Shown: positions 13,941-25,647 of the stretch, in pieces
Layout of the letters: each line of letters begins with the position of its first letter
Position numbering within the stretch: the stretch's first letter is position 1
Virus record (IMG/VR): IMGVR_UViG_3300017970_000189
Direction: 5' to 3' (one strand)
Source of the DNA: an uncultured virus (IMG/VR IMGVR_UViG_3300017970_000189)
Lineage: Duplodnaviria > Heunggongvirae > Uroviricota > Caudoviricetes
DNA length: 64,000 nt
Position numbers and translations under genes: made by a program
Notes under the pieces: model-generated
Told to the model about the DNA's origin: nothing
Seen by the model: the letters and a program-made list of their open reading frames with translations, nothing else
Databases searched by the model: none

Positions 13941-14354
13941 TTACGCGACTTTGACTGAGAAATAGGGCACCCCGCCTGGAAGCACGTCCCACATTTCGCG
14001 GGGCATGAGGATCTTGGCGATCCCGAGCCCCATCCCTAGGCAGAGCAGCTCGCTCACGGTAGGCTGTTCGCCCCAATGCTCGCCATCCCGCGTCATACAG
14101 GCGTTGAGAAAAGACATACCGCCGCCCTTGTCCTCATGGAAATCGTCCGGCAGATCGGCCAGCATAGAGCGCACGTCCTCGCGCTTTGCTTCCAACTTGG
14201 TCTTGATAAAGGCGAAGCCGCCGACAACGCCCTTGACCGGGATAATGCCGTCGATCTCCTTGCCCTCTTGAAGCGCCTCTCTTTGCTTGTCAGTGACAGA
14301 TTTCGGAAGGCATGCCTTGATTGTTGCGTGGACGTTCTCGGCTGTCAGCTTCAT
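13941..14354 (-). CDS. Conserved phage-type hypothetical protein
   Basis: LPDDF...GGGMSFLNAC...GEHWGE motif; clean 137-aa ORF. Confidence 0.55.
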   Translation of the reverse strand: MKLTAENVHATIKACLPKSVTDKQREALQEGKEIDGIIPVKGVVGGFAFIKTKLEAKREDVRSMLADLPDDFHEDKGGGMSFLNACMTRDGEHWGEQPTVSELLCLGMGLGIAKILMPREMWDVLPGGVPYFSVKVA

Positions 14355-14659
14355 AGTTCATTTGCTCCTATCGTCGGCTTCGTTGATTTTATCGGTGCTT
14401 ACAAGGGTCATGGTTTGACTTCTCCAATCCAGCCCCGCTTCTGCATCCAATGGATCAGGGCGCAAAGGCTGGCACAGACATAAAATCCGACAACGTAACC
14501 AAGAAAGGCATTCAGCATATAGCCCTCTTCTTTTAACCAATCATTTAGATTGACCGCTGGTAAAGCACAGCCCAACCAACATCCAGAACCCACCAAGAAC
14601 CCAAGGCCTTAGTTTCCGCCGTATCGACGTCACGATTCAATCTCACTTGGGAAACGTGA

Positions 14660-15214
14660 CTATCGGGTTTGCTCCATATTCAGAACGATGTCCTTCACAG
14701 CTAGCGGCTGATCCGAAACGTGCAGAATCTGCCCTCCAGAGACATAGTGCTGGTGGTAGACCCCACGCACATCGAACCAGAATAGATATTCGACAGAGCT
14801 TCCATAGGTGCCATCGTCCTGAAGAACTTCCCCCGTGCGAAGACGTAACCCTCCAATATCTACCGGAATCCCGTCATATGACGCATTATTCGGTTGGTTC
14901 GTAGAAACCGTTGTCGGCGTGAGTCGTTTCCCGCTTGATGTTACCTTCCCCTTAACGGTGGAGTAAATCAGCACTTGTCCAGACATGGCGGATATAACGT
15001 ACAAATGCTTGATGGACCCCGGCTTATTGTCCCGCGCTAGACGCTCCATCACATTCTTCTGCTCGATGGTATAACCATCCGGATCGGTCGCCACTTTGGC
15101 GCTTGCTTTTTTGACCCCTGAATCCGATTGCACATTCTGATTCGGGGATTGGTCGCAAGCGTCGGCGGCACAGAGCATCGGAGCGCACAGGATTAGCCAC
15201 AAGAGATTCTTCAT
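14660..15214 (-). CDS. Exported/lipoprotein-like hypothetical protein
   Basis: MKNLLWLILCAPMLCAADAC signal-like N-terminus; GGAGG RBS; adjacent to 15224..15676. Confidence 0.55.
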   Translation of the reverse strand: MKNLLWLILCAPMLCAADACDQSPNQNVQSDSGVKKASAKVATDPDGYTIEQKNVMERLARDNKPGSIKHLYVISAMSGQVLIYSTVKGKVTSSGKRLTPTTVSTNQPNNASYDGIPVDIGGLRLRTGEVLQDDGTYGSSVEYLFWFDVRGVYHQHYVSGGQILHVSDQPLAVKDIVLNMEQTR

Positions 15215-15223
15215 GGGTTCCTC

Positions 15224-15676
15224 CTAATCAAGAATGTAGGGTTTATATTCACGAGGGAGCGGACGATCCGCACCCTTCGGAAGATCGCCGATGTTACAGA
15301 ATTGCCAATTAATCTTCGCCATTTGAGCGTTGTAATCGGCCGCAAGGGAATTGAATGCGGCCTTGAGTCCTACTAGTTCCGTGGTAATCTGGCCGTGACG
15401 CTCACGGTCATCTCTGGGCCAGTCCTTGCGGGGAACGCCCTTATAGCTTTCATTGAAGTCGGTCACTCGCTTCGTAAAAACTTCGATGTTTGCTTTCTTT
15501 TCGTCCAGCGCGGCCGAGGCGGTCTTGAACCACTCATACTTACGGAGCAGTTCTCGCGCTCCAACCTGCTCTTGGACAACATCAGCAGCACCGCCGATCC
15601 AACCGAAGACGATTGAAGCTATGAACAGCCCGAGCATACAGAACGCCGCAAGACATACTATTCCAAACGTTTTCAT
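15224..15676 (-). CDS. N-terminally anchored coiled-coil hypothetical protein
   Basis: N-terminal TM followed by helical segment (LAADYNAQMAK). Confidence 0.55.
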   Translation of the reverse strand: MKTFGIVCLAAFCMLGLFIASIVFGWIGGAADVVQEQVGARELLRKYEWFKTASAALDEKKANIEVFTKRVTDFNESYKGVPRKDWPRDDRERHGQITTELVGLKAAFNSLAADYNAQMAKINWQFCNIGDLPKGADRPLPREYKPYILD

Positions 15677-16279
15677 AATTCATTTGCTCCTATCACTGGA
15701 TTCCTGAAGAGCTTTCCTAGCTCTCATCTTCAGGTCGGCCTCTATATACCCCTCAACCCAAGCCTGATGGTCAATCACCTCTTTTGGAAGATCAGGAAAC
15801 AGGGCCGCGATCTCCTCGTTAGAAAGTTCAATGGTGTAGACCTTTGTCATAAATCAATCTCGCTCACCTTTGGTTTTGTGCTCCCCAGATGGCCGCGAGG
15901 CCATTGGAGCGAGGCTGGTTCGCTCCTCTTCATCAGCCGCCCACTTCGCGACCCGCGTCAGCCACTCGGAGGTAATCGCCATGGGCTCTCGATGATGTTC
16001 AAAGTATAGGCCGTTCCACGTCCAGTAATCGCCCGTCGTGAACGTCATGACTTCAATCTCACCTTTCGGCTGAATCGCGAGTTCTTTCACCGTCCGCTGG
16101 GAAGATTACTAGGAATCAGCCTGACGATCAGGCGCCTGACCTGAACCTCAAGCCAACCTTTCCTGATCGTCGACATCCACTCCCAACGAATCCGAAATAA
16201 TCGCACGCGCTCGTATGGATCCAGCTCAAAAACCAAAGCTGGCCCCTTCCTGGCTCCGCCAATCCGAAATCCTGGATTC

Positions 16280-16317
16280 ATTATCTTCCCACCCTACGGT
16301 CCTGTAGGGACCTCACC
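16280..16317. repeat. ~37-bp imperfect direct repeat (second copy 18856..18892)
   Basis: attatcttcccaccctacggtcctgtagggacctcacc vs attatcttcccaccatacgatcctgtaggacctcacc. Confidence 0.7.
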
Positions 16318-19300
16318 CTTGGCTGAACGATGCGCCATCCAGTTGACGCTGGTCTCCCGAAGAAGCTTCGCGGCAGCCTTGAGATCATCAGCCGCCTTTT
16401 CCATTCGTATGGCGATTCCAAGAGAGAAGTTGAGTGCCCCAACATCCATTCCTGGCGAATAGCACTGTACTTTTTTGAGAGCTGAGCTCATACCCTTGAT
16501 CAGTTTCTCGATTTCGTCAACTTCTTTCATAATCTCACCCTTTGGCAATTCTAGGAGTCGGCTTGCCACACGACGATCCGGCCCTTCCCGTCCTTCGATT
16601 TCTTCGTCGCCGCCTGAAGCCATCGTTTTCCGTCCCACTTGTGAACCAGCCACGCCTGCGGATTCTCAAAGAAAGTGTCAATGGCCTTCTGTTCGTCTTT
16701 GAACGCTATCCGCTGTTCGATGGGGAATTTAGGGTGCGGCATATATTCCCCGTAGTAGTCGGCCTTCATGACCGTCAACTCTTCCATGAGATCGGCGCTA
16801 CCCGTGACTCCGATCATTCTAAAGTTCGGGGTACTGTCTTTGTTCCGCTCACACGGGGCAGCTTGCGCCAAATACTTTTCATGTACTGAAGACGGAAACT
16901 TGTTCCACACCTCCTCGGCAGCCTCCGCCTTAAGATTACGTTCCTTAAAATCTGGAAGACGCTGGAGTGTCAGTGTTCTGCTGCGCAGATCGAAATGCCG
17001 GATCTCATAGCTTCCCCAAGACTCCTGTTCAATCCTGCTCTTTCGGTCAAAAACGCCCGCGTGGAGACACTTGTATTTCTTGCCATCACCATCATCATGG
17101 TCGCAAATATAATGGAAGCAATAGACAACATAGGGTTTGTCGGCACTCTCGAAAAACTCCTTATGCCTTAGGAGTTGACCATCGAGTTTTACGGTAAGAT
17201 GGCGTTTTGTATTGGGGATGCCATCCCCGTAAAAATCTAGGTCCGGCCACGGCACCACAGTGAGTTCCATCGCTTCACCTATTGGCACAAGTGTGAATTT
17301 TCCCTAGCAATTCTTGAGGTCCCCTCTCGCAATCAGATCTTCCTCACTTTTGCCAGTGATCTTTCCCGTAACGACATAGTTGAAGACTCCGACCAACGTC
17401 CACTTCCCGCAAGACTTGCACTTGAGAGAGGAATGCCGGCCTGGACTGATCCACTCGACCGCTTGTTTAGTTATCTTGACCGAGGTACCGCAATGGGCGC
17501 AAGGAACCATGCCATCGTTGTCAGCTTCACGATGAATCGGCTTCTTCTCCACTTTTTCAGGCCAGCCGCAGTAATCCATTTCCCTACCCCCTAAAAATAG
17601 CCGCTGTCCTCGCGCGCCCGCTCCATTTGCTCAAGATCGTGCCTGCAAGGCGCGGACTGGAGACTTTGAATCTCCTCCGTACAGGCCAGAATAAGCTTGG
17701 CAAGAGTCCCTTCGACGCCCGGGAAGTTGCGCCACTTCATCGCCAGATCCTGAGCCGCTTTGATCTCGTCGGCAGTCATTCTTCGCTCCCCTACTCCGCC
17801 TCGCTGTTACGGCGATCGCCGTTGTCCCATTTCTTGTGGTCCCAGCCGTAAAACTCGCAGATCATGACGAGGATGTTCTTGCCGTAGAACTCATAGTTGT
17901 GGCGGTACTCCTGTTCCATCTTCTCAGCGAATTCCCGATCTCCCGCGAGCCAAATCCAGGCAATGTAGTGGCACATGGTCCGGTTGGCCGACAGGCCCCG
18001 GCAGTTGTTGGCCTTTTCCCACCCGAAGCTCATGTATTCTTCCATCTGCTTCAGGAGCCTTTCCCGCGAAAGCGAAGGCCGATCCTTGTCCCATTCGGCC
18101 TGGGTGACGCCCTCCTTCAAGAACTGCTTGGCAAGGCCAAACTCGAGATAAGGAAGGTATTCGTAGACCTCATCCCCAAACAAATCCTTGTCCTTCCGCT
18201 CGTCGAACCGCTTGACAATCTCTTCCTGGCTGGGCATCTGAATCGTGGGCATCCTTATCCTCCCTGTTCACAGATAAGATTACTACGTGGTCTCAATGAA
18301 CGACCCCGCAAGCGGACGGACCTCGAGCCACTCTCCCGCATCCATATCTACTTGAGGCGTTCCAAATACGCCTTTCACGAAGGCTTCTCGAATTTCCTGA
18401 GATGCCTTTTCTTCAGCTTCCTTTTCGCTATCTGCGGTCAAGACCCAAGCGTGCAACCACTCGCGGGAGTCATATACGGCGATCCACTTCTTCACCTTTC
18501 CTCACCCTTCATACAAAAGTGCTCTCATCATTCGCAGAGAAGATTACCTAGAGCACTCAATCTGCCTTCTGTGCCACTAGTCTTCCGCCTCCATCCACGC
18601 ATAAAATTCGTAGACGAGTTCCTGACCTCCCATAGATCCAGTGTGGGTGTACTGTACGAACTGGACCTCGAGAGATGAGCTTGATCGGTCAAAACGCTTG
18701 TCGGCCGGGTACCCAAATTCGTCGATCCCGAATTCCGACACCGCCCGTCTATATGCCTCTTCACAGGCGCGGTCAAAATTCGGTTCCCCAGAACGGGTGA
18801 CCCGGATCTTTTTGATTTCGCTTTTCATATGGCACTCTTAGGTCATTTTGTGCCTATTATCTTCCCACCATACGATCCTGTAGGACCTCACCGATCAGAG
18901 GAACCGTGAGCCCTCAATCAGGCCGTGTGCCCACTTTCTATTCGCGTCGACAAGACGCCGGTATTCTTCGTTTGGCTTTCCTCCGATCGTTGCCGCCACC
19001 ACATCCTCCTTGGAAGTATGGATTTCGAAGACGCTGCAGGTTCCAATAAAGCAGCCTTCATGAGAAGAGCAGGCACGCTCTATGCGCCATGCAGGTGCCA
19101 GAACAAGAGCTGGATCAGATGGATTCTTGAAGGCACTCCGCTTTAGGACATAATCTCCCTCAGTTAATTTCATAATCTCACTCCCTGGAGGAATGGTACT
19201 TCAAATCGTTTTCAACCTCCGCCTGGAGAAGCGCAGAAAGCCTATGCACCATCGACGCAGGAATGTATACCCGCTGCTCATCGGACATTCCCCGGAGGCG

Positions 19301-20936
19301 AATGCCATCGAGACGTCCCTTGGGGTTCTTCCTTAGGTAGAGGGTAACTACCCACCCTTCTCCTGTTAAATCACCCACCTGTTCTTCAAACGGTTGATCC
19401 ATAGATTTCACCTTTCATTTGAAGTGTGTCTGGATCCTTTTTAGAAGACTTTCCAGATGATCGGCGACTGGCGTGGGCGGAGCTGTCTTCAACGTAGCAT
19501 GCATCCCCTTGTAGAATTCTGCCCACCGAACCGCCTGTTCCCTCAGATCCCGGATGTCATCCTCGATCATTTCTTTGATTTTGGTAGGCAAACTCTCACC
19601 TTTCAGATCCGATGCATATACCTTCCCGGAACCTTGGCACCTTGGACAGTCGTTCACTTCCTCCTCCTTCCGAGGAGGAGCACAGGCTCCACAAAGCATC
19701 GGAGGACCAAAACTGAAAGAGATGACGGGTCCAGGCATCTCGGTCGGCTTGATGCCACATTTCGAGCAGACCCAGAAGCTTAAATCTAGAGCCATCATTC
19801 ACCTCGAATTCTGTGCCTCAGAAGCGCTGGAATTGCTTTCGCCTTTAGAGTCTATTGCAAACCAGAGATTCAATTCCCCGGCGAGAAGCTCTCCGTTCCT
19901 AACAATCACTGGATGGTCTAATAGGTGCTCGCCAACAGTCACCCAGTTATCGCTTTTATCCTTGACTTGGACTCGATAGCCCATGTGAGCTTCAATTGCT
20001 GGTAGGGCTGGAGGGCCTTGGATAAAGAAATCCAAGCCTAGGAGCATTGGATTAGCCTTCCGGATTGTCATGGTCTACACTCCCGAATGATTCTCTCACC
20101 GCACTTGTGCAGGCACCGGAGCGACTCGAAACCTGGGGTGAGAACGCCATTGATGAGCGATGATGTCCTTGCCACCACGACCATCCGATGCCCAACGATT
20201 CGGCACCACCAGCGTCTAAGTATTTTCATGTTGTAGCTCGTCTCACTTCATGGTTTTAGTTGGACACCGATCTCCTCTAACCCACGCTGTTCCCCCTCTC
20301 GGAAAGTAGCAGGACTGACAACAGGTATCGCATCTGACCGGATCAGGGTGGCAGTTGTCGCAGTACGTGAATTCACGTCCGCAACACTGGCACTTCGTTG
20401 TGAGAATCGTGGTCGACATTGGCATTCACCTTTTGGCCGATCAGCGATCTTCAACGCTTTCGGCCGGCTCCGGCCAGGGTCCTGGAAACCCGGAGACCAT
20501 GTGGGCGAAAAGATACCTCCAACATTGTTCGTTCATGCCCTTGACCGCTTCGAAGATCTCCCGGTTCCGGTCATTCGCCAAAAATTCATCGAGATCGAAG
20601 CCCACCGCCCAGATACCGTCCCGGTTGAGGAACCGGAACTTCATCCCGTAGCTGCTCTCGAACTCGTATATCTCCACCCCCTCACCCATGGCCCTAATGA
20701 AATCCTCATGCTTTGCCGGATCCGCCTTCAGGCGATGCCGGAGGCTGTCGTAGATCCTCGACGCCCGGAGCTGATCGCATTTCATGATGTTTCCCCTGTG
20801 CCTGCCGCCACTGCCGACGTTCCCGCCGCTTCCGCTCCTTTTCCGCATCCTGCATCATCTCGACCATGGCTAGGACTTCCTCCGGTGTCGAACAGCTCAC
20901 CTTTAAGCCCGGCCGGATTTCGATGTGATACATCGA

Positions 20937-21581
20937 TCAAAAGGGGATCCCAATCAGTTCAACCTTCTCAAATTTATGGTGTTCCCCAAATTCCGGCATC
21001 AGGATATCCACGTCGATCCAGCGGTCCCCCACGTTCACACACCCCCAGAGATAATGAAGGCATTCTTTCTGGCCACCGAACTTCATCTGGAGGAACCGGA
21101 ATCCAACTGCCGCTGCCAAGGTCAGGATGAGCGTGGTAGACACCCCGCACGACCCGGTGATCCTGGGTTTTGGCAGGCCCACCTTTTTCCCCTTCGCCAT
21201 CGACTCCCGGATCGGATCCCAGAAGGCCCTGGCGAACTCCTCCGGGATCTCCAGCTCCCGGATCATCCTGGCCGGGGTCTTGATGATCTCCACGTTCGGA
21301 GGATTCGAAATGTGCTCGAAATTAGCGTGTCCCCAGGCATGGAGGCCCTTCAGGATGATCAGCTCACGGTTCTTGTCCGTGACCTTCTGCCCAAGCTGCC
21401 GCGCCGTCCCGAGCGCCAGCCCGGCAATCTTCTGGGCCGTGAAGATCACGAGAGGATCCTTGCATCCATCCACAATGTATTTGCTGATCCGGGCGATCTC
21501 GAAGCGGACCCCTTCCATGGTATTTGGAAGTTTCGTACGATCGATTTCACCTTTCTTCGGAAGCGGCTCTCCTGCGTTCAT
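20937..21581 (-). CDS. Transglutaminase-like cysteine protease
   Basis: Putative triad: Cys in GSCGVSTTLILTLAAAVG, His in LHYLWGCV, Asp in WIDVD. Confidence 0.65.
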   Translation of the reverse strand: MNAGEPLPKKGEIDRTKLPNTMEGVRFEIARISKYIVDGCKDPLVIFTAQKIAGLALGTARQLGQKVTDKNRELIILKGLHAWGHANFEHISNPPNVEIIKTPARMIRELEIPEEFARAFWDPIRESMAKGKKVGLPKPRITGSCGVSTTLILTLAAAVGFRFLQMKFGGQKECLHYLWGCVNVGDRWIDVDILMPEFGEHHKFEKVELIGIPF

Positions 21582-23430
21582 GCCTTCACCTTTCAGACGA
21601 AGAACTTTCTTTTTCTTTGGTGAGGGTTACAACCGTGGCCCTCAATTCCTTCACGCAGGCAGCCATCGCCATCTCCAGGGTATTCCCGGTCAGGTTCGTA
21701 TCGTGGCCCTTGAGTCCGCATACCATACAAACCGATTCTGAACCATGCCAGATGAAGGATTCCATGCGGTCTACGATGCCAGCTATTTCCTGTTGCATTT
21801 TCTCACCTTTGGTTCGACAAACTCCCTCGTCATGTCGTCTCGGTATCCCAAATACTGACCGCATTCCGGACAATGGATCCATCTATCCGTCTCAGGAATT
21901 CCCCTGCATCCCCCGATGCAAGTTTCTGTGAGGATTTCCTCGATATGGACCCTTCCGTCGCTATAGCTTGCGGCCGCTTCAAGACCCTTCTTGAAGGCAT
22001 TCACTTGCTCCATGGACCCGAAGGTTTCCGTCAAGCTCCCAGGGTCTCGCCAAAGCTCCACCTGGTAGATCCAAATTGGAGGATTCCCGACCTTGATCGG
22101 CTTGACGGTCAATAGGATGAGATTATCCAACTCAACGTTCATTTACTCACCATTCAGCGATTTCGCGCGAGAAACTGTTCCCGCCTCTTCCGGATTTCCT
22201 CGATCACCTTCTTGACTTCCTTCAGGGCCATCTCGGCCTTGACGTGCCGGCACGGAGTTCCATCGACAGTGGGACATCCCGATTCATGCCTTTCCCACCC
22301 CCGCTGAAACAGGATTTCGAGGACTTCCCCGATCTGGATCTCGCGACCATCCAGAAGGACGGCCAATTCGCGCGAATCATAGCACCCCACGGTGCCATCA
22401 TCATGGCGGACGTCGTAGCAAAGGCCATGGGAGTCGTGGTGATAGATGATCGTTCCAAGAACTCCGAATTTCCGAACTGCTTTGGCCTCTTCGGTCCAAC
22501 CGGCTTCATCAGCCTCCGGGATCGCCAGCGTCCGGACGCGGGTGCTGTTTTCAAGTGGCGGCCAGTTTTCAGTCATATTTCTCACCTTCTGCTGCTTGTC
22601 ATTTAATCTCGGACGATTACCTAGGCAGTCATCTTCCTACTCAATCGTCCAAGTAGAACCTGAACCCACTCATGGAAGAAACACCACGAATTGAATGCCC
22701 AGCGCCTATCGCTACCGGCTTTTATGACAGCAAGTTTCCAAGCCTCCAACTCTGATTTCTTCATACTATTCAATCGCGTACTCGGCCATCACCTTTCGGG
22801 CAGCCTGCACGGTCCCCTTGAGCATTTCTAGAGCCTCTTCCCTATGAAAACCTGAGACTGGGCCTAGGCGTTCCGCGATCATGCAAACGTACCCAAGATG
22901 TCGGCTTAGCTCCCGGGTCGCCCGCTGGTGTCTGGCGACGACGGCAACTAGGCAGAGCTCTTTGCTCCCTTGGCTGTCGTGTCCCTCAATCCCACACGTT
23001 CCGCACTTCATTTCCTCACCATTCATGGATTCTATGAGCCCTTCTTGCGCGGGATCGCAGCGTCAACCGCGAACATCCAGAACCAGGAGGCCCCGTTCAC
23101 GTAAAGCCGCGGGAAATCCAGCATATTCTGATGCAGCCCCAGGTAGCGCACCCGCTCAAGCTGGATGCCCGGCATCAAAATCTCCACCCGGCGCCTCCCC
23201 TCCGCATTCTCCACGTACAGCTCGAATCCAAACCTCCCATCCTCGTCGGCCTTCGGGCATCTCGCTGGCTCTCCCGATGTGACTCCACTTTCGGCAAGAT
23301 CCAGCACGAACTGCTTCATGTTCCGGGTCGCCTCCGCTTCCGTCGAATCCAAGACAGGCCCCGACCCGGGATTGACGTAGATATGCATCCCCCCTCCGAT
23401 CCACTCCTCCTCCGACCTCGTCACGCCAGA

Positions 23431-23459
23431 ATCTTACAGGTATACCGGGTGGAAATCAA
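23431..23459 (-). promoter_or_regulatory. Leftward promoter TTGATT-N17-TAAGAT at the strand switch
   Basis: -10 box lies 6 nt upstream of the GTG start at 23424 (leaderless geometry). Confidence 0.6.
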
Positions 23460-23471
23460 TCTCAATTCTGC

Positions 23472-23500
23472 TTGAACTTTCTCAATACCCCAAGTACACT
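23472..23500 (+). promoter_or_regulatory. Rightward promoter TTGAAC-N17-TACACT at the strand switch
   Basis: Back-to-back with the leftward promoter, upstream of the aquaporin gene. Confidence 0.65.
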
Positions 23501-23532
23501 TTCCCCGTGACGAGATCATCGGAGAGGGGACT

Positions 23533-24198
23533 ATGGATCTGAAACGGCGCATGGCGGCGGAAGCGATCGGGACCGCCTTTCTCCTGGCCGCGGTCGTGGG
23601 CAGCGGCATCATGGGAGAACGCCTTTCGGGAGGCAACGAAGCCGTGGCGCTCCTCGTCAATACCCTCGCCACCGGCACGGCGCTCGTCGCCCTCATCTAC
23701 TGCTTCGCACCCATCTCCGGCGCCCACTTCAATCCCGTGGTCACCCTCGCCCTCGCCTCCCGCTTCCGCTTCGGCTGGCGCGAAGTCCCTTACTATCTCG
23801 TCGCCCAGATGGCCGGCGCCGTAGTCGGGATCATCGCCGCCCACGGCATGTTCGTCCAGCCCGCCATCTTCTGGTCCCACCATGCCCGCACGGGCCCCCA
23901 CCAGCTTCTCTCCGAGGCAATCGCCACGTTCGGTCTCCTCATGGTCATCTGGAGCTCTTCCCGCTACCGCATGGAGGCCGTCACTTTCGCCGTCGGCGCC
24001 TACATCGCCGCCGCCTACTGGTTCACCTCCTCCACGTCCTTCGCCAATCCGGCAGTCACCATCGCGCGAATGATGTCGGACACCTTTACCGGCATCCGGC
24101 CTGCCGACGTGCCGGGATTTATCTTGGCACAATTTGTCGGAGCTGGGGCAGCTACGCTCCTGGCCAGATGGCTGATCCCTCACAAGGAGAAAGAATGA
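23533..24198 (+). CDS. MIP/aquaporin family channel (AqpS-like, ars-operon type)
   Basis: ISGAHFNPVVT and TSSTSFANPAVT loops; six hydrophobic helices. Confidence 0.92.
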   Translation: MDLKRRMAAEAIGTAFLLAAVVGSGIMGERLSGGNEAVALLVNTLATGTALVALIYCFAPISGAHFNPVVTLALASRFRFGWREVPYYLVAQMAGAVVGIIAAHGMFVQPAIFWSHHARTGPHQLLSEAIATFGLLMVIWSSSRYRMEAVTFAVGAYIAAAYWFTSSTSFANPAVTIARMMSDTFTGIRPADVPGFILAQFVGAGAATLLARWLIPHKEKE

Positions 24199-24502
24199 GC
24201 TTAGATAATTTCGTGGAATGCTCGGCCTGTAAAGCTCACAAAGCCGTCAACGTGTGGATCCGCTTATACGGTTCGTTAGTTCATGCGCGAGCGCAGCAGG
24301 GCTCAGATCTCTTCTCTGCACTGACACCCCAACCTGTTGCCATCAAGATTGAAATCTGCTTCTCCTGCCGTCGATTCGCCCCGGCAGATTACACAAAAGA
24401 AGAGATTGAGCAGCTTGAAAAGGACGCCAAGGAGCAGCTCCAGAAGAACAGCGTTGCCGAAAAGATTGTCGGATTATTTGGATTTCCAAAAAAAGAGGCG
24501 GA

Positions 24503-24907
24503 ATGAAGACGACCGGCCCGACCGATATCGACAGTATCCCTCCCGGCCAGGATCTGGACGCTCTCATCGCAGAAACCGTGATGGGATGGGATATCCATTT
24601 CAGTGATCCGGGTTTTCGAGGAGGCCTCCCACACTGGCGCGACCCGGAAAACTCAACACTTTATGGCCCTGGAAATTGGTCCCCCAGCACCGATATCGAA
24701 GCAGCTTGGAAGGTAGTCGAAAAGCTTCGTAGTTACTCTTTTGACTTCGACTTCTTTGCCAGCAAGATCCGAGTCCCAGATGGGAAAAAACCCTGGATCA
24801 AGGCGGCCTTCCATTCAAGAACCGATATCTACTCCTCCGAGGCCGATACTGCAGAACTGGCGATCTCTAGGGCTGCGCTCAAGGCTATCTCCCAGGAGCC
24901 CAAATGA
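24503..24907 (+). CDS. Phage ABA-sandwich/BC1872-like protein
   Basis: LDALIAETVMGW...PSTDIEAAWKVVEK...AELAISRAAL pattern. Confidence 0.6.
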   Translation: MKTTGPTDIDSIPPGQDLDALIAETVMGWDIHFSDPGFRGGLPHWRDPENSTLYGPGNWSPSTDIEAAWKVVEKLRSYSFDFDFFASKIRVPDGKKPWIKAAFHSRTDIYSSEADTAELAISRAALKAISQEPK

Positions 24908-25167
24908 CCCTGAAAGAACGCCTGAAGGACTGGACGGATTGGGAAGGAGCGGAATTTCAGCTAGGGGTCCTGTTAGGGCTGTGGTCGGATGGAGAGAATG
25001 CCTGGCTCGAAGAAGGAGCAAAGAACACCATCTGGTCCGCAGGGGGAGACTTCCTATTTGAAATGCTGCAACAAATGGTGAAAGCGGGCGTTTTGGAATA
25101 TCGCGATCAGCCGGACCATGAATACCGGTGGAAGGGACTAGATGCTTGAGGCGATTTCGAAAGACCC

Positions 25168-25647
25168 ATGAAAAAAATCGAATATCTTCTAGTCGTTCTG
25201 GGGGAGGAATGCGCCGAAGCCGCGCAACAAACGAGCAAAGTCATCCGCGGCGGAATGACCCAGATCGAGCCGGGTCAGACCGAGGACAACTGGCGGCGCT
25301 TGGAGCGTGAACTGGCCGATATCATGGCAACGGCCGAGCTTCTCGAACTCCGCATCCCAGATCAAGACAAGGAAAAAGAAATTGAACATCCTCTGATCGT
25401 CCTGGTGGAAAAGTGCGCCGAAACCGTCCAACGGGCGAGCAAAGCCATACGCTTCGGAATGACCGAGATCGAGCCAGGCCAGACTGAGAACAACCGGCGC
25501 CGCTTGGAATGCAAACTGGCCGATATCATGGCAATGGCCCGGCTTCGCGGCCTTCGCATCCGAGATGAAGACAAGGACGCGAAGCGCAAGAAACTCGAGA
25601 AATTCATGGAGTATTCCCGAGAGATCGGGATTCTCGAAAAGGAATGA
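25168..25647 (+). CDS. Tandem-duplicated MazG-like NTP pyrophosphohydrolase
   Basis: Two 68-aa repeats (204-bp period, 25255 vs 25459); EECAE...ELAD in repeat 1. Confidence 0.6.
   Translation: MKKIEYLLVVLGEECAEAAQQTSKVIRGGMTQIEPGQTEDNWRRLERELADIMATAELLELRIPDQDKEKEIEHPLIVLVEKCAETVQRASKAIRFGMTEIEPGQTENNRRRLECKLADIMAMARLRGLRIRDEDKDAKRKKLEKFMEYSREIGILEKE

Larger units (their letters stand above)
1..23424 (-). other. Block of dozens of short, tightly packed, co-oriented hypothetical ORFs (phage early/accessory-type region)
   Basis: Successive 60-250 aa minus-strand ORFs with ATGA/TGATG overlaps; many CxxC zinc-ribbon motifs; few recognisable functions. Confidence 0.8.

Noticed and set aside
5841..23020. 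Archaeal host inferred from GGTGA ribosome-binding sites
   Set aside because: Bacterial -35/-10 promoters, ClpC N-domains and a fatty acid desaturase point to a bacterial host; AGGTGA also pairs with bacterial 16S
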